Source of the DNA: Candidatus Omnitrophota bacterium
GTDB taxonomy: Bacteria; Omnitrophota; Gorgyraeia; Tantalellales; Tantalellaceae
Assembly (NCBI GenBank): GCA_016783605.1
Contig: JADHWG010000002.1
Coordinates: forward strand, 107 to 64,106
DNA length: 64,000 nt
Direction: 5' to 3'
The position numbers and the translations under genes were made by a program. The notes under the pieces are model-generated. The model did not search any database and had not been told where the DNA came from. It saw only the letters and a program-made list of their open reading frames with translations. Positions 17,340 to 26,355 of this stretch are shown piece after piece. Position 1 is the stretch's first letter, and every line of letters begins with the position of its first letter.

Positions 17340-18890
17340 GTGCAGATTAAAAGAGCGTTGATAAGTGTCTCGGATAAGACCGGTTTGGAGAAACTTGTAA
17401 AAACTTTGGATCGGTTCGGAGTGGAGATCATGTCTACCGGCGGAACAGCCAAGGTGATCGCTTCTTTCGGCGTCAAGGTTAGGGAGGTGACGGATTATAC
17501 CGTGTTTCCCGAGATGCTCGAAGGAAGGGTGAAGACGCTTCATCCGAAAGTGCACGCGGCTCTATTGGCATTACGGGAAAACTCGCGGCATATGAGAGAA
17601 TTGGACGAAAATGAAGTTCTTCCGATAGATATGGTTGTTGTGAATTTGTATCCTTTCGAAAAAGTGTCGCGTGAGGAAGACTCCTTGCTCGAGGAAGCGC
17701 TCCGAAATATCGATATCGGCGGTCCGGCAATACTCAGAAGCGGCGCGAAAAATTTTAAGTCTGTTGCCGTTATAAGTTCGATCTCGCAATATAAAACGAT
17801 AGGAGAGCTTCTTGAAAAGAATAATTGCAGACTGAAAGAAGATGTTTTAAAAACATTAGCCTCCGCCGCGTTCGATCGGATCTCGATCTATGACGCGGCT
17901 ATCGGCGAGTTTTTGTCGAGGGAAAGTTCGGAGAAAAGTGAATTTCCGCCGGTTTTGAGGATAAAGGCGCGCAAAGTAAAGAGTTTGAGATATGGTGAAA
18001 ATCCGCACCAGGCGGCGGCATTTTATAGCGATTCTTCGAGTGAGAACGACGCGCCGATAGAACAGATGCAAGGCAAGGAACTTTCTTTCAATAACATAAT
18101 GGACGTCGATTCAGCTTATAACATCGTCAGTGACCTTACAAAGTCCGCCGCGTGTATCGTTAAACATAATAATCCGTGCGGCGCGGCCCAGGCCGACAGT
18201 TTGACCGCGGCTTATTTGGATGCTCTGGCGTGTGACCGAATGAGCGCGTTTGGGGGGATAATTGCTTTTAACAGGTCGCTTGACAAACAAACGGCTGAGG
18301 TTATATTGAACGAATCTATTTTTATTGAATGCATAGCGGCGCCGGGATATGAAGAAGGCGCGGTGGAGGTGTTTAGATCCAAAAAGAATGTCCGAGTTTT
18401 AAAAATGCCCCGGATAGGGGCCGCGCGGAGTGAAGAAATTGATCTAAAAAAAGTTCGCGGCGGATTTCTTGTTCAAAAGGCTGACATGAAACGGACCAGC
18501 CTCAAGGAAATAAAAGTTGTTACAAAAAAGAAAGTTCCGAAAGAATTATTGGAAGCTTTACTTTTTAGTTGGCGAATCGTGAAACATGTAAAAAGTAACG
18601 CGATCGTGCTCGCGGCGGGAACAAAAACCGTAGGTATCGGCGCGGGACAGATGTCACGAGTGGATTCGGTTCGGATCGCGATAGAAAAATCCGGAGGGAA
18701 AGCCGCCGGTGCCGTTCTTGCCAGTGACGCGTTCTTTCCGCAAGCGGATTCGATCGAACTGGCGCATGAGGCCGGTATTTCCGCTATCATTCAACCCGGC
18801 GGTTCCATACGGGATAAGGAAGTGATCGAAGCGGCGGATCGAAGCGGTATTCCCATGGTTTTTACGGGTGTGAGACATTTTAAACATTAG
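17340..18890 (+). CDS. purH: Bifunctional AICAR formyltransferase / IMP cyclohydrolase PurH
   Basis: 516 aa with a GTG start 8 nt after AAGGAG. It has the PurH N-terminus KRALISVSDKTGL (MGS-like domain) and C-terminal AICARFT motifs. Confidence 0.95.
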   Translation: MQIKRALISVSDKTGLEKLVKTLDRFGVEIMSTGGTAKVIASFGVKVREVTDYTVFPEMLEGRVKTLHPKVHAALLALRENSRHMRELDENEVLPIDMVVVNLYPFEKVSREEDSLLEEALRNIDIGGPAILRSGAKNFKSVAVISSISQYKTIGELLEKNNCRLKEDVLKTLASAAFDRISIYDAAIGEFLSRESSEKSEFPPVLRIKARKVKSLRYGENPHQAAAFYSDSSSENDAPIEQMQGKELSFNNIMDVDSAYNIVSDLTKSAACIVKHNNPCGAAQADSLTAAYLDALACDRMSAFGGIIAFNRSLDKQTAEVILNESIFIECIAAPGYEEGAVEVFRSKKNVRVLKMPRIGAARSEEIDLKKVRGGFLVQKADMKRTSLKEIKVVTKKKVPKELLEALLFSWRIVKHVKSNAIVLAAGTKTVGIGAGQMSRVDSVRIAIEKSGGKAAGAVLASDAFFPQADSIELAHEAGISAIIQPGGSIRDKEVIEAADRSGIPMVFTGVRHFKH

Positions 18891-18936
18891 GACGTTTTGA
18901 GTCGGGTCAAATACAACAATCGTATATTGCCCCCGT

Positions 18937-19001
18937 CAAACAACCTCGTAGGTTGAACCTCGTAGGTTGAACCTACGAGGTTCAACCTACGAGGTTGTTT
19001 G
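18937..19001. repeat. Nested double hairpin of the CCTCGTAGG/CCTACGAGG motif family (P1)
   Basis: Seen: caaacaacctcgtaggttgaacctcgtaggttgaacctacgaggttcaacctacgaggttgtttg. The same 9-mer palindrome pair closes hairpins at about 1646, 13299, 14452, 14617, 34268, 35970, 36003, 38561, 39995, 40146, 43382, 60493 and 61968. Confidence 0.85.
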
Positions 19002-19045
19002 GCGGGTTGCTCTCCGATTCCATCTTTTTTAAAATCTGCAATAAC

Positions 19046-20416
19046 ATGATAAGATCTTATAAAGAAACACTTAAGGAGCTTGACTCGTTTACGAACTATG
19101 AGAATATCGGGTTTGGCGATATTAGAGAAGAATTTAATCTTGATAAATTGCGTCAAGTTCTGAAAAAGATCGGTAATCCCGAGCGGAATTACCGTGTTAT
19201 CCATATCGCGGGGACAAAAGGGAAAGGTTCTATTTGTTGTTTTGTCTCTTCCGTTTTAAGAGAAGCCGGGATGAGTACCGGGCTTTTTCTTTCACCGCAC
19301 ATAATCACGCCAAGAGAACGAATTCAAGTAAACGGCGAAATTATCAGCGAAAATGAGTTCGCCGAAATTTTTAATTATTTGATGGAGTATCTTGATCAGC
19401 CGGCAAATGAGAAATATACGTTTTTTGAAATGTATACGATGGTCGCGTTTGAATATTTCAGCCGTAAAAAAGTAGATTTTGCGGTTATTGAAGTTGGTAT
19501 GGGTGGACGGCTTGACGCGACTAACGTGGCGCGCGGAGAATTTTGCGGAATAAGTCCGATAAGTTATGATCATACTCAGGTTTTGGGAAACTCTATTCGC
19601 GCGATCGCCGAGGAAAAATCGGCGATCATTAAACCGGGCGCGTATTGTGTGAGTTCTCCTCAGCGGCCGGACGCGGAGCGTGTTATAAAAAAAAGGTGTT
19701 TGGAAAATAACGCCGAATTGGTTTTAGCCGGTAGAGATCTAAAATATGAGGTCGATAGTGTATCCGAAGGAGGGAGTTTTTTTGATTTCGGCGGTGTCTA
19801 TGAAAGTTATAAAAATGTCAAAACGTCTCTTGCGGGAATTTTTCAAGTTGATAATGCCGTAACGGCTTTAGGAATATGTGAAAAAGTGTTGTCCGGCATG
19901 CCCGGGCTGGGGAATATTTTAAAACGAGGTATAAAAAACGCGTATATTCCCGGCAGGATGGAAGTTTTGTGTAAAAAACCGTATTTTGTGGCGGATGGGG
20001 CGCAAAACGCGGATAGTGCCGCCAATTTAAAAAAATCTGTTGAACAGATCTTTAAATATGATAAGTTGATACTCCTATTGGGGATGAGTCGAGACAAGGA
20101 TATTGAGGGTGTTTGCCGGCTTTTGGGACCATTTGCCGAAAAAATAGTGTTAACGCGCGCTTTGAGCGCGCGAGCGGCGGACCCCGGCGTGATAAGAGGC
20201 CATATCGAAAATAAACAGGTTAAAGTTACCGCCAATGTGACAGACGGTGTGAAAGAGGCGTTTAATCTCGCCGGCAAAAATGATATGATACTTGCAGCCG
20301 GTTCTTTTTTTGTTGTCGCCCAGGCGCGATGTATTGTGAAGGGGAGTTTTGCATATAGTTTGGGGCTGTCGCAAAATACCCACCCATGTCATCCTCGCGA
20401 ACGCGGGGATCTATAA
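19046..20416 (+). CDS. folC: Folylpolyglutamate synthase / dihydrofolate synthase FolC
   Basis: Track ORF 18995-20416. Internal ATG 19046 is preferred because the upstream TTG lies inside a repeat hairpin. It has the Mur-ligase P-loop HIAGTKGKGS. The last 12 codons and the stop are supplied by the P2 repeat element at 20366-20465. Confidence 0.85.
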   Translation: MIRSYKETLKELDSFTNYENIGFGDIREEFNLDKLRQVLKKIGNPERNYRVIHIAGTKGKGSICCFVSSVLREAGMSTGLFLSPHIITPRERIQVNGEIISENEFAEIFNYLMEYLDQPANEKYTFFEMYTMVAFEYFSRKKVDFAVIEVGMGGRLDATNVARGEFCGISPISYDHTQVLGNSIRAIAEEKSAIIKPGAYCVSSPQRPDAERVIKKRCLENNAELVLAGRDLKYEVDSVSEGGSFFDFGGVYESYKNVKTSLAGIFQVDNAVTALGICEKVLSGMPGLGNILKRGIKNAYIPGRMEVLCKKPYFVADGAQNADSAANLKKSVEQIFKYDKLILLLGMSRDKDIEGVCRLLGPFAEKIVLTRALSARAADPGVIRGHIENKQVKVTANVTDGVKEAFNLAGKNDMILAAGSFFVVAQARCIVKGSFAYSLGLSQNTHPCHPRERGDL

Positions 20417-20465
20417 GCCTAAGAAACACAATATGTTATAGATCCCCGCGTTCGCGAGGATGACA
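20366..20465. repeat. Palindromic element family P2, copy 3 (core arms 20387-20412 and 20440-20465)
   Basis: Seen: gctgtcgcaaaatacccaccc atgtcatcctcgcgaacgcggggatct ... agatccccgcgttcgcgaggatgaca. Confidence 0.85.
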
Positions 20466-20492
20466 GAAAGTGGAATGGAGTTTTCGCTATAT

Positions 20493-20563
20493 ATCACAGG
20501 TTACAGGTTTTAGAATTTTGTGTGTTTAGCGTGCAACCTGCAACTTGTAACTTGTAACCTGAT
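20493..20563. repeat. P3-family arm repeats without the central core (caggttacaggtt ... aacctgcaacttgtaacttgtaacctg)
   Basis: Seen in sequence. The arms resemble the P3 copies at 14498 and 40031. Confidence 0.6.
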
Positions 20564-20592
20564 CTGGTGCAATGAAAATGGTGGGTGTTGTT

Positions 20593-21975
20593 ATGAATAA
20601 TGATACTATAGCGGCGATATCTACCCCGGAGGGTGCCGGAGGCATAAGCATAGTACGCTTAAGCGGGAAAGACGCGCTGAAGATCGCGGACAGGGTTTTT
20701 TCGTCTTCCGGCGGGAAAGCGCCATCGACATATAAGAGCCATACGGTACGGCACGGCTATGTAAACGCGCCGGATACGAAAGAGGCGATCGACGAAGTTA
20801 TTTTAACCGTTATGCTCTCTCCCAAAACTTACACGCGTGAAGATATCGTTGAAATTAATTGTCACGGTGGAATGGTATTTTCTAAAAAAGTGCTTGAAGT
20901 GTGTCTTGTGGAAGGCGCGCGGCTTGCCGCGCCGGGAGAATTTACGAGGAGAGCTTTTCTGAACGGAAGAATAGATCTGTCTCAGGCAGAAGCGGTGATG
21001 GATGCAATAAAGTCGGAAACGGATCTGGCCGGTAAAGTTGCCGCCAGGCATCTTACCGGTGAATTTTCAAAGAGCCTGCGGAATTTTAGAGACGCGATAA
21101 TCGAGATATTATCGATGGTGGAGCTTGCCATAGATTTTTCGGAAGAAGATGTGGCTTTTGCGCGCAAAGAGGAAATAGCGAAACGTCTTAGTGAGGTGAG
21201 AGATTCGATCTTGAACTTGATTCGGACGGCGGACGCGGGGATGATCCTTTCTTCGGGCGCCAGTATTGTTATCTCAGGCAGACCGAATGTCGGTAAGTCC
21301 AGTTTAATGAACGCTCTTTTACGAAAAAACCGTGTTATTGTCGCGCCGACTTCCGGAACTACCAGAGACATTATCGAAGAGAGCGCGAATATCGGCGGAG
21401 TAAAGGTTTCGTTGGCGGATACCGCCGGAATAATAGATACGGAAGACAAAATAGAAAAAGAAGGTGTAAAAAGGTCTTTTGAAAAATTGGAACTTTCCGA
21501 TATCGTGATATTCATGATGGACTATAGCCGGAAGTTATCTCCGAGAGACGAGAAAATATATAGGAAGATCAAACACAAAAATGTGATAATTGTGGTCAAT
21601 AAAACGGATCTTGCTAAGAAGCTGGATATGGGTGAAACTGAAAGAATGTTCGCGCCGGAAAAAGTTTTAAAGCTGTCCATTTTAAAGAAAAAAGGGTTTA
21701 ATGCTGTGGAAAACGCGATCAAGCAAAAGCTGTTCGGCGGAAAAATAAAATTTCCCGAAGAATGCGTGGTGACGAATCTTCGGCACAAAAAAATATTGGA
21801 GAAAACGCTGAAAGCGGTAGAACGCGCGAGGAAAGTAACGAACGGTGAATACAACGAAGAACTTCTCGCGAGCGATTTGAACGAAGCTGTCTACGAGTTA
21901 GGTTTGATCACGGGAGAAACCGCGACAAGCGAAGTGCTAGACAAAATTTTCTCCCGGTTTTGTATTGGTAAGTGA
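20593..21975 (+). CDS. mnmE: tRNA modification GTPase MnmE (TrmE)
   Basis: Track ORF 20572-21975. ATG 20593 is preferred (MNNDTIAAISTP). It has the GRPNVGKSS G1 motif, DTAG and NKTD motifs, and the canonical C-terminal FCIGK. Confidence 0.9.
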   Translation: MNNDTIAAISTPEGAGGISIVRLSGKDALKIADRVFSSSGGKAPSTYKSHTVRHGYVNAPDTKEAIDEVILTVMLSPKTYTREDIVEINCHGGMVFSKKVLEVCLVEGARLAAPGEFTRRAFLNGRIDLSQAEAVMDAIKSETDLAGKVAARHLTGEFSKSLRNFRDAIIEILSMVELAIDFSEEDVAFARKEEIAKRLSEVRDSILNLIRTADAGMILSSGASIVISGRPNVGKSSLMNALLRKNRVIVAPTSGTTRDIIEESANIGGVKVSLADTAGIIDTEDKIEKEGVKRSFEKLELSDIVIFMMDYSRKLSPRDEKIYRKIKHKNVIIVVNKTDLAKKLDMGETERMFAPEKVLKLSILKKKGFNAVENAIKQKLFGGKIKFPEECVVTNLRHKKILEKTLKAVERARKVTNGEYNEELLASDLNEAVYELGLITGETATSEVLDKIFSRFCIGK

Positions 21976-22029
21976 ATGAGACTTGCCTTTTGGGTGGCGC
22001 AAAGCGCCCCCCAAAAGGCTTAGCCGAAT

Positions 22030-22400
22030 TCATCCCCGCGAAAGCGGGGATCCAGTACTGAGCAACCTCGCAGTGTAAGTTTAATTCCACCCACGAGGTT
22101 ATAACGATTGTGACCTGTTTTTGTTAGTTGGTTTTCGCTATTTTTATATTATAGATTCCCGCCTTCGCGAGAATGACAATATGATGCGCGGGAATGACAC
22201 TCCACCTCATTGTCATCCCCGCGCAAGCGGGGATCTAGAACCGAGCAACCTCGCAGTTTGATTTTACTCCACCCCACGAGGTTGAAATGATAGTGTTACG
22301 TTTTTGTTAGTTGGTTTTTGTTATTTTCATATTATAGATTCCCGCGTGCGCGGGAATGACAATAATGGTGTGCGGGAATTACAATTCACACCGTGGAAAT
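22030..22400. repeat. Two tandem copies of a 180-nt unit (22030-22209 and 22210-22390), each with a ccccgcg-aaa-gcgggg stem-loop and a cccgcNNNgcggg palindrome
   Basis: Seen in sequence. tcatccccgcgaaagcggggatccagtactgagcaacctcgcagtgtaagtttaattccacccacgaggtt...attcccgccttcgcgagaatgacaat is repeated with about 85% identity. Confidence 0.85.
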
Positions 22401-22489
22401 GGTGAATGATCTTTTAGTGTAGGGACGGATCCGCGTGTGGGTTTGTGAACGCTTGAGATATTAAAAATAGAGGAAGAGGAGGATACAAA

Positions 22490-23053
22490 ATGGATAAGAA
22501 AAAAATAGAAAAAGCCGTAAAGGATATATTGGAAGCGGTTGGAGATAATCCTGAAAGAGAAGGGCTTAAAAACACACCTAAGCGAGTTGCCCAAATGTAT
22601 GAAGAGATATTTGGGGGAATGGACAGGAATCCCGACGATGATCTTGAGGTGTTTTTTGAGAAAGAGCATGATGAAATAATTTTGCTCAAGGGAATCCCTT
22701 TATATTCCATTTGCGAACATCATATGGTTCCGTTTGTAGGTAAAGCGCATGTCGCGTATATTCCCGGCGATAACAAGATCACGGGTTTGAGTAAAATTGC
22801 CAGGGTTGTCGATACATTGTCCAGAAGACTTCAGGTGCAGGAACGGCTTACGACTGAAATAGCGGAAGTTCTTATGCGTAAGCTGACCCCTCGCGGAGTG
22901 CTTGTGGTGGTTGAAGCGGAGCATCTTTGTATGAGTATGAGGGGCGTGAAAAAACCCGGAATCATGACTATGACAAGTGCGGTAAGGGGCGTGTTCCGAA
23001 CAAGTCAAAAGACCCGTTCAGAGGCGTTGTCTCTTATCAGACACCGCGGATAG
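22490..23053 (+). CDS. folE: GTP cyclohydrolase I FolE
   Basis: 187 aa with a GAGGAAGAGGAGG RBS. It has the conserved [10 protein letters not shown] and [14 protein letters not shown] motifs. Confidence 0.95.
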   Translation: MDKKKIEKAVKDILEAVGDNPEREGLKNTPKRVAQMYEEIFGGMDRNPDDDLEVFFEKEHDEIILLKGIPLYSICEHHMVPFVGKAHVAYIPGDNKITGLSKIARVVDTLSRRLQVQERLTTEIAEVLMRKLTPRGVLVVVEAEHLCMSMRGVKKPGIMTMTSAVRGVFRTSQKTRSEALSLIRHRG

Positions 23054-23055
23054 TT

Positions 23056-23084
23056 CCCCAAAACAACCTAGGGTTGTTTTGGGG
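23056..23084 (+). terminator. Terminator-like hairpin ccccaaaacaaccctagggttgttttgggg after folE
   Basis: Seen in sequence: a 12-bp stem with a T-rich 3' side, 3 nt after the folE stop. Confidence 0.5.
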
Positions 23085-23232
23085 CGTATATCGTATGTCG
23101 CATATCGTATATCGAAGAACAGTATGTCGTATGTCGCATATGGTATGTCGTGAAGAACTTTTTCCGCCGAAGGCGGACCCGCCTCCGGCGGGGATTTTCT
23201 TGCGATATACGATATGCGACATACGACATACG
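23085..23232. repeat. Palindromic element family P3, copy 3 (tatgtcg-type arms, core ccgccgaaggcggacccgcctccggcgg)
   Basis: Seen in sequence. Its reverse complement recurs at 24808-24950. Track ORFs 22927-23247, 23037-23240 and 23068-23268 are artefacts. Confidence 0.85.
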
Positions 23233-23351
23233 AAAATCAACCTGTAAGGTTGATTTTTTGGGGTGCATATAATATAATTATACGCAATATCGGTGTCGGG
23301 TCGTAGCCGAAAAGAGTTGTTAAAAACCAGAGGATATTAAAAGGGATTAAT

Positions 23352-23813
23352 ATGGCTAAATATGGGGTTTTATGGCAATTGGTGCATAACAAGGTTGTCG
23401 TGGCTACTTTTATGGGGTGGTTTACGGCTCAGATAATCAAGGTTATTAGCGGAGTGGTAAGAGAGAGGCGGTTTAATTTTAAATGGTTTGTCGGAACCGG
23501 AGGCATGCCGAGTTCTCATGCCGCGGGTGTGGCGGCGCTAACGACAAGTGTTGGTATGTACGAAGGTGTGAGTACGGCGCTTTTCGGAGTGACGCTTCTT
23601 TTTTGTGTTATCGTGATATGTGACGCGCAGGGAGTCCGGCGCGCGTCCGGGAAACAGGCCGAGATCTTAAATACGATAATGGACGACATATATTGGAAAA
23701 AAAAGATACAGGAAGAAAAACTTAAGGAACTTTTAGGGCATACTCCTATCCAAGTGTGGGCGGGAATATTGATAGGGATCGGTGTTGCCGGTGGACTGTA
23801 TTTCATAAAATAG
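23352..23813 (+). CDS. DUF212 / divergent PAP2-like membrane protein (YuiD family)
   Basis: 153 aa. GGMPSSHAAGVAALTTSVG and CDAQGVRR are characteristic of the acid-phosphatase/vanadium-haloperoxidase-related DUF212 family. It has several TM helices. Confidence 0.7.
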   Translation: MAKYGVLWQLVHNKVVVATFMGWFTAQIIKVISGVVRERRFNFKWFVGTGGMPSSHAAGVAALTTSVGMYEGVSTALFGVTLLFCVIVICDAQGVRRASGKQAEILNTIMDDIYWKKKIQEEKLKELLGHTPIQVWAGILIGIGVAGGLYFIK

Positions 23814-23882
23814 GGCACGTAAGTCTCCCGATTTTTTTTGTTCAAGGGGAGAAGCCATCGAATACTGAAAAGGACAAATTTT

Positions 23883-24806
23883 GTGAAGAAAATAATTTGG
23901 GTAGGGATAGTTATTACGGTGTTTATTATTACCGGAGTGTCGTTTATCGTTATGAAGCGTGTTGATTCCGGAGGGGAGTGTTTTATCAGCCAGGACAAGG
24001 CCGCGCTCATATATCAGAGGGCGGAGGAGTTTATTGAAAACGAAGAATATATCGAGGCGGAAAACGCTTTGTTTACGATCGCTACCGAATATCCGGACTC
24101 TTTTTACGCGGGTAAATCTCTCAGGAAAGTTGCCGAATTTTATATTGAAAACAACGACTATAAATCCGCGCGGGACATATACAAACGTCTTCTTCTCGAT
24201 TTTCCCGGATTTCAAGCCGCGGCCGAGATCCGTTCCGACATCGAAAAGTTGAATATGAGAATTATGTTTTCGCCTACGATAGCGGAAAACAGTGTCGAAT
24301 ATGAAATTCAATCCGGAGACACTCTTTACAGTATCTCAAAAAAATTTAATACCACGGTTGAACTTTTAAAAAAGGCGAATGAGCTTCAAGGCAATTTAAT
24401 ACGTCCCGGTCAACATATCAAGATAATCTTATTGGAATTTTCAATTTTTGTGGATAAATCATCAAACACTCTCACCCTTAACGGTGACGAAGATATTATC
24501 AAGACATATAGCGTTTCAACCGGAAAAGATAACAGTACCCCTGTGGGTACGTTTGAAATTGAAGAAAAAATGGTAAAACCCCTTTGGTACAAAGTTGGCT
24601 CGGTCGTATCGGCCGATAGCGAAGAATATGAGCTCGGAACAAGATGGATGGGACTTTCTGTTGAGGGATATGGAATACATGGAACTTCGGATGAAAACAG
24701 TATTGGAAAACAGGTTACGCAAGGTTGTGTTCGAATGTACAACGATGATATTATTGAACTCTATACGGTTATCCCGAGCGGAACAAAAGTGGTTATAGTA
24801 GATTAA
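23883..24806 (+). CDS. LysM-domain L,D-transpeptidase (YkuD family)
   Basis: Track ORF 23838-24806. GTG 23883 with an AAAGGA RBS is preferred. It has an N-terminal TM anchor, a TPR-like segment and a LysM domain (YEIQSGDTLYSISKKFNTTVELLKKANEL). The YkuD catalytic motif is HGTSDENSIGKQVTQGCVRM. Confidence 0.8.
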   Translation: MKKIIWVGIVITVFIITGVSFIVMKRVDSGGECFISQDKAALIYQRAEEFIENEEYIEAENALFTIATEYPDSFYAGKSLRKVAEFYIENNDYKSARDIYKRLLLDFPGFQAAAEIRSDIEKLNMRIMFSPTIAENSVEYEIQSGDTLYSISKKFNTTVELLKKANELQGNLIRPGQHIKIILLEFSIFVDKSSNTLTLNGDEDIIKTYSVSTGKDNSTPVGTFEIEEKMVKPLWYKVGSVVSADSEEYELGTRWMGLSVEGYGIHGTSDENSIGKQVTQGCVRMYNDDIIELYTVIPSGTKVVIVD

Positions 24807-24807
24807 T

Positions 24808-24950
24808 CGCATGTCGTATGTCGCATATCGTATATCGCAAGAAAATCCCCGCCGGAGGCGGGTCCGCCTTCGGCGGAAAAAGTTCTTCACGACATACCAT
24901 ATACGACATACTGTTCTTCGATATACGATATGCGACATACGACATACGAT
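24808..24950. repeat. Palindromic element family P3, copy 4. It is the reverse complement of copy 3, so the pair flanks the DUF212/L,D-transpeptidase cassette as inverted repeats.
   Basis: Seen: cgcatgtcgtatgtcgcatatcgtatatcgcaagaaaatccccgccggaggcgggtccgccttcggcggaaaaagttcttcacgacataccatatacgacatactgttcttcgatatacgatatgcgacatacgacatacgat equals the reverse complement of 23085-23232 with a few mismatches. Confidence 0.85.
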
Positions 24951-24971
24951 AAAAAAGGTGAGACAAAAAAT

Positions 24972-25934
24972 ATGGCGATAATGCTTGAATTTGAAAAACC
25001 CATAGTGGAACTGGAAAACAAGATCGAAGAGCTTAAAAAGTTTACAAAAGATGAGCAGATCGATTTTTCCAAAGAGATAGAGCGTTTAACGGCGCGGCTT
25101 GAAACGCTTCGAAAGGAAATTTTCAGCAACCTTACGTCTTGGCAAAAAGTTCAGATCGCGCGTCATCCCGATCGTCCTTACACGATGGATTATATCAACA
25201 TGATCACGGAAGATTTTATTGAAATACACGGCGATCGGCATTTCGCCGATGACAGGGCGCTTGTGGGCGGTCTGGTCAAACTTGCCGGACAAAAAATGGT
25301 GGTTTTGGGACATCAAAAAGGCCGGGATATGGCTGAAAATATGGAAAAGAATTTTGGATGCGCTCATCCCGAAGGATATCGTAAAGCCATGCGTATTATG
25401 AGGATGGCGGAAAAATATAATTTGCCCATAATTACGTTCATTGACACTCCCGGGGCGTATCCCGGAATAGGAGCTGAAGAACGCGGGCAGGCGGAAGCGA
25501 TCGCTCATAACCTTAGAGAAATGTTTGCCCTTAAGGTGCCGATCATTGTGTTTGTGATAGGGGAAGGTGGGTCCGGCGGGGCTTTAGGCATAGGGATAGG
25601 CGATAGGATATTTGTTTTGGAAAACGCGTATTATTCGGTGATTTCGCCTGAAGGATGTGCCGCGATTCTTTGGAGAGAGAGAGCAAAAGCTCCTTCCGCG
25701 GCGGAAGCGTTAAAACTTACGGCGCCGGAACTTTTGAAACTAGGAATAATTGATGGAATAATTCCGGAACCTTTGGGCGCGGCGCACAGGGAGCCTCAAA
25801 AAACGGCTGAAGAAATAAAGCGCGCGGCGATAAAGAGTCTTAATGAACTTTTTGCTCTTTCTCCGGAAGAGCTTTTGTCAAAACGGTATGAAAAATATAG
25901 AAATATCGGTGTTTACAACGAAGGACACGTATAA
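24972..25934 (+). CDS. accA: Acetyl-CoA carboxylase carboxyltransferase subunit alpha AccA
   Basis: Track ORF 24930-25934. ATG 24972 with an AAGGTGAG RBS is preferred because the 5' part of the track ORF lies in a repeat. It has the [24 protein letters not shown]-terminus, and [10 protein letters not shown] and GEGGSGGAL motifs. Confidence 0.95.
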   Translation: MAIMLEFEKPIVELENKIEELKKFTKDEQIDFSKEIERLTARLETLRKEIFSNLTSWQKVQIARHPDRPYTMDYINMITEDFIEIHGDRHFADDRALVGGLVKLAGQKMVVLGHQKGRDMAENMEKNFGCAHPEGYRKAMRIMRMAEKYNLPIITFIDTPGAYPGIGAEERGQAEAIAHNLREMFALKVPIIVFVIGEGGSGGALGIGIGDRIFVLENAYYSVISPEGCAAILWRERAKAPSAAEALKLTAPELLKLGIIDGIIPEPLGAAHREPQKTAEEIKRAAIKSLNELFALSPEELLSKRYEKYRNIGVYNEGHV

Positions 25935-25935
25935 A

Positions 25936-26343
25936 ATGGTAAAAAACGTAATTCCGACCAATAGCCGTCTCTTGAAAAAAATAAGCAAAAAACTGATCAA
26001 GCTTTTAAAAAAAGCGGAAATTGATGAAGAAATTATTTTTGATATTCACGTGAGTTTGGAAGAGGCTCTTCGAAACGCGATGATGCACGGGAATAAATTG
26101 GATATCAGAAAAAAAATTATGGTCGAGGCGGAACTCGAGCCGAGCATTATGAAAATAGCCGTAGAAGACGAAGGAGGAGGGTTTAATCCGTCAAAACTTC
26201 CCGATCCGACGCATAGCGAAAATCTTCTTAAAGAAAACGGAAGAGGCATATATTTGATGAGGCATCTTATGGATGAAGTGAAGTTTGAAAATTCGGGCCG
26301 CAGAGTTACAATGACAAAGTATCTCGGCACAAAACAATTATAG
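25936..26343 (+). CDS. Anti-sigma regulatory factor-type Ser/Thr kinase (RsbW/SpoIIAB-like GHKL ATPase)
   Basis: ATG 25936 lies 1 nt after the accA stop. The track ORF 25843-26343 extends artefactually upstream. GHKL motifs are EEALRNAMMHGN (N box), EDEGGGF (G1) and ENGRGIYLMRHL (G2). Confidence 0.8.
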   Translation: MVKNVIPTNSRLLKKISKKLIKLLKKAEIDEEIIFDIHVSLEEALRNAMMHGNKLDIRKKIMVEAELEPSIMKIAVEDEGGGFNPSKLPDPTHSENLLKENGRGIYLMRHLMDEVKFENSGRRVTMTKYLGTKQL

Positions 26344-26355
26344 ATAAGGGGCGGT

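Noticed and set aside
17232-18071. Minus-strand ORFs overlapping purH (17232-17555, 17479-17730, 17571-17789, 17856-18071)
   Set aside because: They lie antisense to an unambiguous purH coding sequence and show no motifs.
18995-19045. Upstream TTG start for folC at 18995
   Set aside because: The first 17 codons would be encoded by the P1 hairpin repeat (ttgtttggcgggttgctctcc). The internal ATG 19046 begins the conserved region.
548-20465. Possible CRISPR array formed by the recurring gtcatcctcgcgaatgcggggatc repeats
   Set aside because: The repeats occur as inverted pairs forming palindromes, not as regularly spaced direct repeats with unique spacers. The copies are kilobases apart and no cas genes are present.
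25843-25935. 5' extension of the kinase ORF (track 25843-26343) overlapping the accA 3' end
   Set aside because: ATG 25936, immediately after the accA stop, gives a protein starting at the conserved region. The upstream extension is out-of-frame overlap with accA and has no support.
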